Source of the DNA: Dudresnaya verticillata
Lineage: Eukaryota
Length of the DNA: 64,000 nucleotides
Direction: 5' to 3'
Assembly: GCA_977862235.1 (NCBI GenBank)
Contig: OZ374562.1
Location: 310,001 to 374,000, forward strand
The notes under the pieces are model-generated. The model did not search any database, had not been told where the DNA came from, and worked only from the letters and a program-made list of their open reading frames with translations. Positions 1-11,776 of the stretch are shown in pieces. Positions within the stretch are counted from its first letter, which is position 1, and each line of letters begins with the position of its first letter. The position numbers were made by a program, and so were the translations under genes.

Positions 1-2
1 GC

Positions 3-710
3 GAGGCCCAGCGCCGCGCCCGCGCCAACTCGGAGCTGTCCACCGTGTACGCAGACCCGCCGCCGGAGGACCCGGAAGCCGCGCAGCTCCGCCAGGTCCA
101 GCTGCTCGAGGGCCAGCTGCTCAACGCAAAGCGCGACGCCGCTACCCTCACCTTCGATGTCGAGCAGCTCGACTTCCGTCTCAAGCGCCTCCGCGAGAAG
201 GTCCCTGACGCCCGCCACGCGCTCAAGTCGGGTCTGCATGGGCCCGTCTCGCCCGCCTCCCCGGTCCTGCCGTCGCCGCAGCTTTCGTCGTTCGCGTCGA
301 GGAATTCTTCCTCCATTAAGACGTCCCCGCTATCCCGGCCATCAAGGCTTATTGGAGATGTTGACTCCTTGGTCTCGTTTGGGGAAGACCCTGCCGTGGA
401 GGGCGAAGGCGCGGACGGCTATGCACCATGCAGACTGGGTGTTGGCACTAGCGGCCAGATGGCGCTCTACTCGTACGCTAGCGCTATGCCGTTGCTCTAT
501 CTGGATGACCGCAGCGCCAAGATGGAGGTGCTTACGGAACGCGATTCGGAGGCCCTGCGGAAAAGTATGAACAGTGTCGATTTACAGATAGCAGGCACCA
601 AGTACGAGCTGTGCGGGCTGAAAGAGTCAGTTGCAGCGTCACTGCAACTCATCCAAGACGCCAGCCAGCTGCTTAAGACCGATGACGAAGAAATACAGCC
701 GCAAGCATGA
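3..710 (+). CDS. 3' part of a hypothetical coiled-coil protein (open from the window edge)
   Basis: Frame is open from position 3 to TGA at 708-710; GC3-rich codons; heptad-like LRQVQLLEGQLLNAKRDAATLTFDVEQLDFRLKRL. No family recognised. Confidence 0.7.
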   Translation, partial: EAQRRARANSELSTVYADPPPEDPEAAQLRQVQLLEGQLLNAKRDAATLTFDVEQLDFRLKRLREKVPDARHALKSGLHGPVSPASPVLPSPQLSSFASRNSSSIKTSPLSRPSRLIGDVDSLVSFGEDPAVEGEGADGYAPCRLGVGTSGQMALYSYASAMPLLYLDDRSAKMEVLTERDSEALRKSMNSVDLQIAGTKYELCGLKESVAASLQLIQDASQLLKTDDEEIQPQA

Positions 711-863
711 GAATGCTTGCTCTACGCGAAACGTCGTCATGGGCGTCCCCGCGAAGGGGCACGTCTGGTGGTGTCTTGTAGTACAGGTTCTAGTATAGTA
801 CAGAGGGGAATATCCCTTTCGAGGAAAACATATGGAAGCAGGCTCCACAAACAGCTACCCTCG

Positions 864-1496
864 CTAAAGCGCGGCAACGTCTTCACATCTTTCCGGATAC
901 GCCATCTGCGTGGCGAGGTGCAAAAACATGGGGTCGATCGGGTCGACAAACGCGTAGTGCACGTCCGTCGGAACAAGCGTCTCGTCCACAGCCTTCCGAA
1001 GCGCTCTGGTATCTCTCGCCACACGGTCAGGGTCCGCAAGCAAGCTATGCAACTCGCCACAAAGACGGTCATTCATGGAGCTGTCGAGCATCTCTATCCG
1101 GAACTCCATAGGCTTACCAGGCGCGACGAAAACGGGGGAAGGCCCGAGCGCGGTGTGCTCGACGTCAGCAGGCACGAGCACACCGGCCAGGTGCTTGGCG
1201 TCGAAGAACGGGCGCCGGATGTGCAAGCGGTCCTTGCGCAGCCACACGAGCGGTATGGATAGGCTGTGCGGGGCGGTGGGGGCGGCGCGCGGCTCCAGCG
1301 TGAAGACCAGGCGGCACGTGGACAGGTAGGCGTGGCCATGGCCGTAGAAGGCCGCTAGGGACGCCCACCCCGACCCGCCAGACTCGGCCGCGCCTAGGAA
1401 AAACTTGACGTCCGTCCACGTCGAGAGGAAGGTCTCGCCCGGGTACGGCAGCGGCGCTGGGGGCGCGGACGCGCGCCGGAGGGCTTCCGGGTCCAT
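864..1496 (-). CDS. WBP2/UPF0664-like PH-GRAM domain protein
   Basis: PLPYPGETF..GHGHAYLSTCRLVF..SLSIPL..IRRPFFDAKHLAG pattern and C-terminal YAFVDPIDP resemble WW-domain-binding protein 2 family members. Confidence 0.65.
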   Translation of the reverse strand: MDPEALRRASAPPAPLPYPGETFLSTWTDVKFFLGAAESGGSGWASLAAFYGHGHAYLSTCRLVFTLEPRAAPTAPHSLSIPLVWLRKDRLHIRRPFFDAKHLAGVLVPADVEHTALGPSPVFVAPGKPMEFRIEMLDSSMNDRLCGELHSLLADPDRVARDTRALRKAVDETLVPTDVHYAFVDPIDPMFLHLATQMAYPERCEDVAAL

Positions 1497-3428
1497 GGGG
1501 GCTGAGCGCGACTGTTCTGCAGCGCAGCAGGGCCTCTAAGGACGGAGCGGACTCGAGTTGCAGCGGTTCCCTACGTGCGGTGCTGGAGCTGGCGCTTGAG
1601 CCGCAGATATGTGATGGACGGGCGCAGAGCACGTTTGCGGAGATAGCGGTGGAGGATTACGGTTGTTTTGCTTGCTGGTGCGGGATTGGTCGTTCTGAAG
1701 AAGAGTTGCGTGCCAAAAGAGCACAGCACGCAAAAGATCTCTGATTGATCTCGGAACGACAGGCGCCGCGGTCCAACGGGCGAGAGAGTCCCAACGGCCT
1801 ACGACGGATGCGGTCTGTGCAGTCTGTTGGGCGGAATCTGCAAGGCGGGTTTGCACGTCAGCGTAGGCCCCATGGGGGCTGTTCTTGACAACGAGGCAAG
1901 CTGTCTGTCACACACCGAAGCTGCGATGCACGTCAAGCAGCCGGGGCCTGCTTGAAGCCACGCCTCCGCGGGCTCGGCGCTGCACGACCGCAGCCCAACC
2001 GCCGCACAGCCGCCGCACAGCGCGGCGGTATTTGGACCGTTTTATACTGTGCCGCACAGCATTCCCGAGCTTCCATAGAACGTGTCCGCGGCGATCCTCT
2101 CGATAGTCTGGCCGAATTCATGAGTGTGCACAGGCGTCTCGCACGTTATCCTCGAAAGGCTGCGCCCCATGAGGAAAAGGGACTTGGCGTGACGGGTGGT
2201 CGCGCACCGCAAATGGGGCCTCCTTTGTGACTGATCAACTGACGTGCTACAAAGCGTGTGACCAAAGGTTCTCGCCCGCTAGACCCTGGAAGCGCTACGC
2301 AAGCTGGATGAAGAAAGGAAGGACCTTACCACTCCCATGTGGAGCAGGCACCAACACGCAATCTCGAAAACGCTCTAGTTCAAGAGGTGACCCGGTTAGA
2401 ATGAAAGCGGTTAGTGCGTCTCGAGTGACGTGAGGCGCTGCTATGCATGCGCCAATCATCACTCCAAGCGATGATGCAGATGATCACCATTGCAGACGCA
2501 GTCCCAGGCTGCATGGGGCTAGCGGGTGTACGGCATCCATGTGAGTGCAGGGAGCAGAGGGGTGCTTCTCAGTAATGTTCGGGGGACAGTGGTCATTCAT
2601 TGTACAGAGCTGGTGATCAAGGATGAAACGTGGTACGGTGCGTGAGACGCTGGATGGCAAGTTGTAGCCCTCGTGGCGGGCAAGTCTGGGCCGACCCAGC
2701 GGGTCTTAAGAAAGTCCCATTTGGTTTCGCGAGCAGACTGGCAACGCGTCGTGGCATTCCCAGGGCCGCCGTGTACTACAAAGCAGCGCCGATGAGACAG
2801 CGCTGACCAGAAAGTCATCTCGCGGGACGATCCGCGTTGTATGAGTACGAATTCAAATGGCTGGTCGAACGTCCCGTCCGCCATGAGAAATCTGTCGACG
2901 ATCGGCAAGCCGGCGGCGACAGCGGCCTGTGCGGCGGGGAATCGAAAGTAACCCGCGTGAAACATTGTCATCCGCAATATATTTTCGGTGACAGCGGAGA
3001 CAGTCGATGCAACCAATTTCTCTTCGACAGCGAACAACGAGCGCTGTGCGTCTTGCCGTTGTCCTCATGGCTGACCCTAATTCGGGTTTGGTCCCAGTCG
3101 CCACTGCCGTTGGCTGCCGGCTGGCGACGAGAGCGAGACAAGTCGCGCACCACGTACTGCGTCGTTCCACGCGAAGAATCCGACCGAGACAGAGAACGTT
3201 AGCAAGTCAGTTTATTGCGCACCGCCCGACCTCGTCCGAAGTGTTTCTTCAATCACAGCTGTGTTGGCGCGTGCGGCCTGGTCCCGCTCGCCGACTTAAC
3301 AGCACAACTGGCGCGTCGGAAGTGCGCCACTGCTTGTCTCGTCTCGCAAGTCAAACCCACCGCACATCTTCGTAATCCTGTCATCCTCGCCAGTCCGCCT
3401 CCTGCCTGAAGCTGCGCCCAAGGAAGTG

Positions 3429-4505
3429 ATGGAAGCAGCCGCCCCCATGCATTCGCCCCGCGAGGATGCCGGCAATATTGCCAGGGCTCTGAAGGCCGCG
3501 CTTATGGCAGCCGCCGCGCCTTCGTACGAGGAGGCCATGGACGGCCTCGAACTCCGCAGCGCGGAGGACGCCCAGTTGCTCTTTCCGCACGAGGCAACCC
3601 GAACGGCCCAGGGGGGCCAAGCTATCGAAACGTCGATAGCCTCGTCTTTGAGGCATTCCTCCTCGTTTGAGAGTGTGCCAATCTCGTTGAACCGTGCAGA
3701 ACCAATCTGCTTGAAGGGTTACCGTAAGGCTGCAGCAGTTTCCTTCCTCCGCGAGCAAGCGCATCATCTCCGCTTCGAGATCCAGCCTCCATACCAAGAC
3801 GTTCCGACCTCGGCTCGTTACTATGCCCGTGCAGCAAGTCTTGGTTGCGCCGACTCGATGGCTGAGTTCGCCATGTCGCATCTTTTTGGGGTAGGTGTTG
3901 AGCGCGACCGAGACACCACAATCCGTATTCTGCAGTCGGCCATGCAACTCGGGTCCATTGTGGCTTTCGAGGCTCGTGCTCTGTATGCAATCACGTACGC
4001 CGCAGACGGGAACAACACCTACTCAGAAGCCCTCCGCTATCTCGCACAGGGCGTCGCACGTCACTCGCCAAGCTGCTATCTTTGGGCCGGCTTCTGCTTC
4101 GAAATGGGCTTTGGTATCAAACCAGATGCCAACGCAGCCCGTGCCGGTTATGCCGTTGCACGTCGGTCGGAGACGCTCAGTTCCACTCTGCGGACAGCTT
4201 ATCCTGGTGCGCTCTCCGCAGGTGATCCATGGATGCTGTTCAAGATGGCCTTGTTCTTCATGCATTGCGGAAATGGACGTTGGGGAGACGCCGCTATGCG
4301 ATGCCTCAGGCAAGCTGCAGCGCTTGGGCTAAATGACGCGAAGGTATACTTGGCGGTTTGTCATATCCAGGGGAAATGGATTGTCACAAACGTTCCCGTT
4401 GCAGTGCATTGGCTCTACGAAGCTTGCGCTGGAGATAATCCGCATTGGATCGCCAAACGCATGTTGCGGCAGTACTATAGGGAAAGGAATTCGGATGCAT
4501 CTTAG
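3429..4505 (+). CDS. Sel1-like repeat protein
   Basis: Repeated Sel1 motifs: YARAASLG..SMAEFAMSHLFGVGVERD, GFCFEMGFGIKPD, LRQAAALGLNDAKVYLAVCHIQG..AVHWLYEA. Confidence 0.85.
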   Translation: MEAAAPMHSPREDAGNIARALKAALMAAAAPSYEEAMDGLELRSAEDAQLLFPHEATRTAQGGQAIETSIASSLRHSSSFESVPISLNRAEPICLKGYRKAAAVSFLREQAHHLRFEIQPPYQDVPTSARYYARAASLGCADSMAEFAMSHLFGVGVERDRDTTIRILQSAMQLGSIVAFEARALYAITYAADGNNTYSEALRYLAQGVARHSPSCYLWAGFCFEMGFGIKPDANAARAGYAVARRSETLSSTLRTAYPGALSAGDPWMLFKMALFFMHCGNGRWGDAAMRCLRQAAALGLNDAKVYLAVCHIQGKWIVTNVPVAVHWLYEACAGDNPHWIAKRMLRQYYRERNSDAS

Positions 4506-4536
4506 GTTCGCAGTAACATAACCAGTCGTTAGTCAG

Positions 4537-6045
4537 TTACTGCAACGAACAATTGGAAGCACCACAGAGCATGACCCGTGGCAGTCCTTCCCGGAGGGCA
4601 GTCACTGCAGAAAGCGAGAAGTTGCAGTATGACAGCCGAACTACCCGTAAACGCTTTCCGAACCGAGGAATCGTATCCTGCAGTGCCCGATCAGTCAGTC
4701 CAGTACACCCGATAATCTGCAATTCTTCTAATGAGTTAGGCAGTGCTCCAAGCAGTTGAAGCAGTCCGTCATCATCAATCAGAGGCAAGTGCGACACGTC
4801 GAGGGACACCAACGAGCTGGCATGCATGGCTAGTTGTGAAAGCGTCTTATTCCCCAACGAAGAGCAATGTCTTACGCTCAATATCCTCAGGGAGTTTCCG
4901 CACGCCTGCGACAATCGACTCATTGCTTCATCAGAAATAGTCGTGTCGGAGATACTAAGGTGCTTGAGGTTGCGGCACTTCCGCGAAAGCTGCACAAGAG
5001 CCTTCTCCCCGATGCTCAGGGGATCCTCCACCTCATCCACCAAACATTCCATATTGTCCGCATCTACTGCTTCGCAAACCGGCGATGGAAGATGTGCAGA
5101 TATCCACTCTCCCTTGTCAGAGCTAAAATTCAACTTCTCCAATGCAGCTACGTGAGTACTGAGCAGGCATAGGATATGCACAGAAGCTCTGTGACAAGAT
5201 ATCAGTCGCATCTCAGTGAGCTGGTGCCCTCGCGCACGGAACAGGCATTCTAGTCCTTCGTCGGTGACCCATCGCAGATTGAGCAACCGTACATACGTGA
5301 GCCGCTGGCAGAACTCAGCCATGGCACAAAAGACCGACTCATCAAGCGACGCGTGATGCAGCGAATTAAACTCGATTCCACAGAGCGTTGATCCAACCTT
5401 CTCGAATAAAAGGCGCAAACTCTCTGCACCCACGCAACGCGAGCCACCCAACTCAAGATGCTTCAAAACCCTACAGCATACTGCAATGAGTTCCACAACA
5501 GTGTCATCCAGACTAGGGGCTGCAGAGATGACCAGTTTCTCGAGTGAGCGACCAACATAGAAGATAATATCGGACATGAGGGCCTTCGATATGTTCACGC
5601 CAATGAGCACAAAATGGCGCACCGGAGGTCTTAAGAGCACAACTTCTTTGAGTGCACTGGTAACGGGAGCGGAGCATTCAACGTGTATCGCGCGAAGGTT
5701 GCGTGCGGCAATCTTACAAGCAGCAATAAGGGTATTCTGCTCCGTTTGCCAAGAGCTAACAAGCTTCACGCCAGTCAACGCATCTTGAAAGACGGCAAGA
5801 AGGCGCCTGCAAGTGAACGCAAGGGAGACGCCATCGCGCAATGCAGCAGGGTTGGAAGCGTTGAGAAAGACCTGACCAGGGTAGAGCGGTTCCTCGCCGC
5901 AGGCCAGAAAGCCCCTGCGGCGGGGCTCGTCAGCACCCATGGTGTGGAGCACGACGCGGCGCAAGACCTCGCTTGGGAGGTCTGTGATGCATGTCGCGCG
6001 AGTGCGTGCGGCAGGGTCGTACGGAGCCGGAAATGCACAGGACAT
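4537..6045 (-). CDS. F-box/leucine-rich repeat (AMN1/FBXL-type) protein
   Basis: ATG at 6045 (MSCAFP), 502 aa; F-box-like ITDLPSEVLRRVV followed by many Cys-containing LRRs (LKHLELGGSRCVG, LRILSVRHCSSLGN, LEELQIIGCTGLTD). Confidence 0.85.
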   Translation of the reverse strand: MSCAFPAPYDPAARTRATCITDLPSEVLRRVVLHTMGADEPRRRGFLACGEEPLYPGQVFLNASNPAALRDGVSLAFTCRRLLAVFQDALTGVKLVSSWQTEQNTLIAACKIAARNLRAIHVECSAPVTSALKEVVLLRPPVRHFVLIGVNISKALMSDIIFYVGRSLEKLVISAAPSLDDTVVELIAVCCRVLKHLELGGSRCVGAESLRLLFEKVGSTLCGIEFNSLHHASLDESVFCAMAEFCQRLTYVRLLNLRWVTDEGLECLFRARGHQLTEMRLISCHRASVHILCLLSTHVAALEKLNFSSDKGEWISAHLPSPVCEAVDADNMECLVDEVEDPLSIGEKALVQLSRKCRNLKHLSISDTTISDEAMSRLSQACGNSLRILSVRHCSSLGNKTLSQLAMHASSLVSLDVSHLPLIDDDGLLQLLGALPNSLEELQIIGCTGLTDRALQDTIPRFGKRLRVVRLSYCNFSLSAVTALREGLPRVMLCGASNCSLQ

Positions 6046-8359
6046 GTGGTTTGCCTGGCGAGGATGCCCGCGAGCAGTTCGATGCGGCGGCGCACGGGGT
6101 CGTCGCAGTGCGCGTGTTGTGCGCGACGGGGGCGGTGCGCACTTCGCCACGCCGGGCGCGCCATGCAGCAGAGCGTTGTGACCGCGGGCAGACAAGCGAG
6201 CGGGCAGCGATTGCCGCGCTCGTTCTGGGGCAGGCCAGGGCGCAGGCTCGGGTCAGGGTTTGGTCCAGGCGGTATTACGCTGGGCGCGTTTGCGTGATGG
6301 CACGAGGAATTGGACGCGTGGAGGTGAAAATGACTCGGGGCGGATGTGAAGTTTTCGCCAAGTTGCACGTCTTGTAGAGGTAGCTACCAGTGGCGGTGAG
6401 ATGGGATGCAGACATTGGGAGGCGGGTGAAGCGCATCTCGTTGCGTTACGTTAATTGGTCGCGTAGTGCTGAATTAGTCGTACTCAACTGACGTGCGCCG
6501 TGTCCGCTACTTTGGGCGTATTGCATGGCGACACGCGTCCTGATGAGCATGTTTTGCAGATCTTTTAATGAATGCGAAGCGGCAAGGCGCTGTGGCAATG
6601 ATGCAAAACCGTTGGCCGCGTCCGTTCGGCGTCAACCTGGGCCAAAACACTCGCAGATATTTTCTGCTGCAACCACATTGGCCAATGCAAATCTCGAACA
6701 TCCAATCCGTTGAGCAGCTACTGCACGTCATCAAATCGCCGCCAAAGGTTTGTCAGCTCATGAGTCGCCATGTCTAGCGGGCCTGGCGGGCTTCTCTCTT
6801 CGCCCATTGCGGATAACTTCCGTTGCGTGCGTCATCGCATTGAAAACCCGTCGTCGTCAACCTTGAAAACGCCATCTGCGGTGCCCAAATCAAGTTGCTG
6901 ACAAAGTTAACGAACCCCAAGAGTGCTGCACAATCGAGCTACTATGCGAAATCTAACCGAAAGGATCAGTCTGCATAAGAATGTAGAAGAATTTAGGTCT
7001 TTTGAATGAATTGGAAGGTTCTAGAAATGGTGCTTTCTGAGTAATATCATCGGACTGCATCGCCTCGCACTCATGATTGTGCCCGAGGAACGAGTACAAT
7101 CGGTCAAGTTGAAGACAAAAAATTTCCAGCATGATGAACTTACTGTACCTTATAATGAAGCGGCCATCTATTTTCCTTTCTATCTTCCATCTACAAAGTT
7201 GTTAGCTTTGTTACATTAGCTTTGTAACATAAATCTTAAACCATGCCCCGCGCTGAGTCGCAGTTGGGGGTCGTTCCCATTTCACCAGCTTGGCTATATA
7301 TTCGATGACCATTTGCCGGTTTTTCTTTAATTCCTACAGCTCTGCGACATCGCCGACGTGCAGATGTCGGCTGTGTCTACTAGCTGAAATAACTCCTTTA
7401 ACATTGACGCCACATGCAGTTTCTTTGATACCCTGCGGGAACAACCCCGCAACCCCTGCTGAATTACGTTATCAGCGCTAGGGCCGAACGATGCCTTTAC
7501 ATATTTCTAGTTTCTTAACTTTTTCGTTCCTTCCCTGGGGTACTCTCTGCATTTTGCAATGAATCAATAGTAGAGATCAACGTCCCCCGTCTGCATCCAA
7601 CTAGTCTTGAAATTCTCCCTCAGGCAGGCAGTTTCTTTTTGCCTTTACCAGACAATGTGTTTTCGCATTCTTTAACAGTACATGATTAACATTGACGGTT
7701 ATAAAAACATCTCCAAACACTAATCTCAAAGTATTCTACAAATCGCGCCCTTACTTATTTCGAACCTGGAATCCAGAAAACTCTTATCCTAGAGGAGCCT
7801 GAACAATGTTCGAATAATCGCACCCGTCTAAGCTCATTGCCACGGTTGGGACAAACGAGCAAATGCAATTCCTCGCCGTGGGTTCCAGCACATTCTTGGC
7901 TGTTTCTATGCATTTTTCGCGGAATATGTACATCCGGAAGAGTAATCAAGAAAACAACTTCAGAAGTCCAACTGAATGCGCCAGCGCCATACCTGCTCGA
8001 CAATACCTTCTGCATACTGCGGTGAGCTGCGTTAATCAATATAACTGCATTAGTACAAGAGCACTTGTCATTTGAGGTCTGCTGTCGGATTTTAGTGCAT
8101 ATCCGGAATGCAACGATTCCTACCCTCCCCACTTCCAGGTTTCCTCTCCATGCTTTTTAGCTCAAGAGAAAAAATGATCACCGCGCACACACCCTTTGCC
8201 AATTTCGCTGCTCGAAACAGTGGTAAACAGCGTCGTCGTAGTTCTGCTGCTTCAGAAGAGACTTCCCGTTGAGGGCTGCTTAGTGTTGAACAGATTGTTC
8301 TGTCTCCGTTCGGCAAGTTCAGCAACACCACTTAACTCTTCTGTCTGATAGATTAGAAG

Positions 8360-10753
8360 ATGTTATTCCCTAGCCTTCAGGGATATCTGCTATTTTTCGC
8401 GTGTACTTGTATTGCTTTGGGCGCTGTGTTGGAACAGAACGAGAATGGGAAACTTTGGGAGTCTCTTGCAACGGAATTGGATATAGAAGCAGTTCATCTC
8501 AAAGGAGGTGGGGCTCCTGGCTCAGAAACACCTTTCCAACCGGGTTTGTTGCAGGAAAAGGAAATTACAAATGGGTTCCCGTCTGCTATGACAAAACCAC
8601 GAAAGAAAACGGTCTTGTTACTTGATGGTGAGGCAACAAGTAGCCAGCACATTCCCTTTACTCTTCCAAGCTTCGAAAGCATTAAGAGCATTGTTCATGT
8701 TGTGAATGACTCAAGTATAATCACAAGTCATTCGCATAGTGTGGAATCGAACAAGCTCACCTCTGGTAGCTCTTACAATATCACATTGGTTCATGAGTTT
8801 GAGGGAAATGTCGGAGTCGCAAATTTTCTTGTCCAGGTCTTGACATCCAAGAACAGGTATGTTTTCTATGGGACATTCTATGTAGCTGGTATTGTAATCA
8901 GGATCCCCGGAACTACGTCTTCGAAGGGAATCATCTCTGGAATGGGTTCCCAAGGTCTCTCGTTCAAAGATCCGAGCAAGGTGTCAATCAATTCGACGCT
9001 AGGGCAAGTTCCCCTCAAAATTGAATATCAACCCGTCGGCCCAGACGTTTCTGAGAACCCACCGTCTCTTCAGGAGGTTTTAAAATCCTCCAAAGTATCC
9101 ATCAAGAACTCCGATAACGGCGTTGAAACACCGCTCATCAATTATTCTCCAAAAGAATGTCAATCTATCCAGAACATCATGCTAGCCAATTCTGGATCGT
9201 TCGTCTTCCTGGAAGGCAACTGTGGGATTGGCTACGAAGAAGGTGCAAAAACCCTAGTCTTAAGCATCAATCGAGAGAGGAGTGGAACGGCTGCCATTAT
9301 GATCTATCTGCCTGGCCTGATTTTTGAAGGTGAGGAATTCGAGACTTCGATTAACGTGTTTGTTGGTGAGCCCAAGACTGTCAAACCTGTAGTGATTGTT
9401 CCACCCAATTTCCATTTGGTTCTGGATCAGTACGCTGCAGAGGAGTTTGAGTTGGAAATGTACAATACCCTGACCCCATCTCAAAGAAGCAACGCCAGCA
9501 TTTACATCATGGATTTGCCAGGAAAGCGATATGCAGAAAGTCTTCTGAGCCGCTCCAAGTTGATTCATCCGATTCAGGTGATAAAATTCAAAACAATACC
9601 ATCGGGGAGCGAGAATCCAGAAGTTTTGCAGCTTATCGAAGACTCTTTGAATAGCGGTGGCCCTGTTCCCAGTCCAGAGAGCGACATAATGAAGGAATAC
9701 CAAGTATCTCCGGTTCCAGACGTTCGTTTCACTGAAGACCTGGATGAATTATCTCAGAGTCTAGAGCTAGAAAAAGGTTCTCCACTTATTTCATCTCCTG
9801 AATACAGGAGAGCGGGCCAAGTTGCACTCCTGGGTGTCAGGAAGAAAGACAGTTTCAAACTTCTCCAAAACTCCGTTGACAAAAATTCTCAGCCAAGCCA
9901 TGAGTCAGCAGTTTACGTGCAGTTTCCCCCGAACAATTTCTTCACTGAGGCAGTCAGTAATACCTACCAGCCGCTCACGAGCACTTTTGCATCGGGAAAG
10001 CTGGCACAAATTCGTGGCACTCAAGGTGATGTGGAAAAAGAAAATGTCGAAGTTCGAGTGAAACTCGATGGATTTTCAATTGGGACCTTCTCGGAGCACA
10101 AAAGCGAACAGATTAGAAGAACAATTGTTGCAAACGCGTTGTTGAAGGAGGAAAACGCCACCGTCGAGGCCAGTCTCGTCGCTTTAAGCGATATTGATGA
10201 GTCACTAGTGGCTACTTACAACCTGAGGGTCTCAGGAAAGGGAGCAATGATTGCATCTGGCCTTTCGGATGACAAAGCCTTACCACAGGAAATCGAAAAG
10301 GCGGCGCTCTTAGGAACCGATACTGTATCAGAAATAACCGCAAGGAGAGTGCCGGCGAGTGAACTGCCTTCGAACGTCAACGGAAGCCCTGACGCTGCCA
10401 GTGTTTCTGCATTGCCGACAGGTCCTATCATTTTTGCTGTAGTTGTACTGTCGTTTATCATCGCTATCCCTCTGTTTACGTTCTGCTTTGGGTACATGGC
10501 AATAAGGCGCCATGAACAAAGCGAAGGGGCTTCAAACTTCACTTCCGCTGACACAACAGCAGCCGCAGTTGATGCAAACTCTACGGCTGCAGACCGTAGC
10601 CTTGATAGTGCTGCAACTCCGGAGATCGCAAGGGACACGTTCGGTAGACCAGAAGAAGTGGAAGACAACTCCTACAAAATGGAGAGAGAACTATTTAGGG
10701 ATGGTTATTTTGGGGACAACAGCCCTGGCCCTAGCTCCTCCTCTGCTAAGTAA
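8360..10753 (+). CDS. Secreted single-pass (type I) membrane protein, function unknown
   Basis: 797-aa ORF; N-terminal signal peptide (YLLFFACTCIALGA); TM helix GPIIFAVVVLSFIIAIPLFTFCFGYMAI followed by RRH; short acidic tail. Confidence 0.85.
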   Translation: MLFPSLQGYLLFFACTCIALGAVLEQNENGKLWESLATELDIEAVHLKGGGAPGSETPFQPGLLQEKEITNGFPSAMTKPRKKTVLLLDGEATSSQHIPFTLPSFESIKSIVHVVNDSSIITSHSHSVESNKLTSGSSYNITLVHEFEGNVGVANFLVQVLTSKNRYVFYGTFYVAGIVIRIPGTTSSKGIISGMGSQGLSFKDPSKVSINSTLGQVPLKIEYQPVGPDVSENPPSLQEVLKSSKVSIKNSDNGVETPLINYSPKECQSIQNIMLANSGSFVFLEGNCGIGYEEGAKTLVLSINRERSGTAAIMIYLPGLIFEGEEFETSINVFVGEPKTVKPVVIVPPNFHLVLDQYAAEEFELEMYNTLTPSQRSNASIYIMDLPGKRYAESLLSRSKLIHPIQVIKFKTIPSGSENPEVLQLIEDSLNSGGPVPSPESDIMKEYQVSPVPDVRFTEDLDELSQSLELEKGSPLISSPEYRRAGQVALLGVRKKDSFKLLQNSVDKNSQPSHESAVYVQFPPNNFFTEAVSNTYQPLTSTFASGKLAQIRGTQGDVEKENVEVRVKLDGFSIGTFSEHKSEQIRRTIVANALLKEENATVEASLVALSDIDESLVATYNLRVSGKGAMIASGLSDDKALPQEIEKAALLGTDTVSEITARRVPASELPSNVNGSPDAASVSALPTGPIIFAVVVLSFIIAIPLFTFCFGYMAIRRHEQSEGASNFTSADTTAAAVDANSTAADRSLDSAATPEIARDTFGRPEEVEDNSYKMERELFRDGYFGDNSPGPSSSSAK

Positions 10754-11776
10754 TACTAGGGCTATTCTGAAGTATATTGAATGCTGAGTGATTCTCGTCG
10801 TCCAAAGAAGCCTTGTAATTCAGCAACGACAACATGCCAGCAGTGATACTACGGGACAAAAATGCTCGCGGAATAGGAATGAACAATGAAAGCTATCTAC
10901 TTGATAGTATCTAGTAAGGTTTTTTTTGTTACTGAACGCTTTTGACAAGGCATTCCTGGCAAAGACTACAAGAATGAGGGCTAACGTGGTTACTTCGATT
11001 GGCCTCAAAAAAGCCCCAGAGGGCCAAAGATATCATCTGTAAGGTACAGAACACAAATCCCGAAGCCTCTTCGAAAAACGAAACCAGCATCAGCGTCCAG
11101 GCCCAGAAACATTTCCAAGAGAAAAGGTATCGCGAATGAGAACAGGCTTTTCTCTTTAGTTCTCTAGAGTTTCAGTTTTTTGAACAGATAAAGATACAGC
11201 TCTTGAGGAATGAGTACAAACACAAACAGTACCGAGCACGCGCCAGATGCACCCAGCTGGTACTTCGTAAGGGGAATGGCGAGTAGGAGTTATTCCCTCC
11301 GACCTTAGTGTCTCATAGTCTCAAGGTGGTTTCGATAGCTGATAGTCCGTGTTTTGTGCATCTTCTGTAATTAGGACATTCACAGATATCATAATTGCGT
11401 GGGTCGCTGTTCACAGGCGTGAGGCGAAACAAGACTTGAAAGTGTTTCAGGGGCCCAGTGCGAGATCAAAACTTGTCTCGCTCGCTCTCTTCTAATTTGA
11501 GATAGACCAAACAAGCAATGTTGCTGACTATGGGGATGGTTTGTTTTCTAAGTACGGAGCAAAGCCTTCATTTCGCATTCCGAGTCGTTCCGAAACGTTT
11601 ATCGACAGTGATTTGCTCTATCCCTTCTGCAAAAAACAACTGAGACCGGGCAAAAGCGTGATAGTCAAGACTAGGAGCTTGTCTCTTATGGGCAGGCTTC
11701 TTGTTTGCTTTGTTTCTATCTTCCTACCCATAGTTGCAAAGCTGGCTCAAGTTGTTGTGAAGAGCAAACTGAAGCC

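Noticed and set aside
2597..3202. Overlapping 120-146 aa ORFs between the WBP2-like and Sel1 genes
   Set aside because: No recognisable motifs or consistent coding frame.
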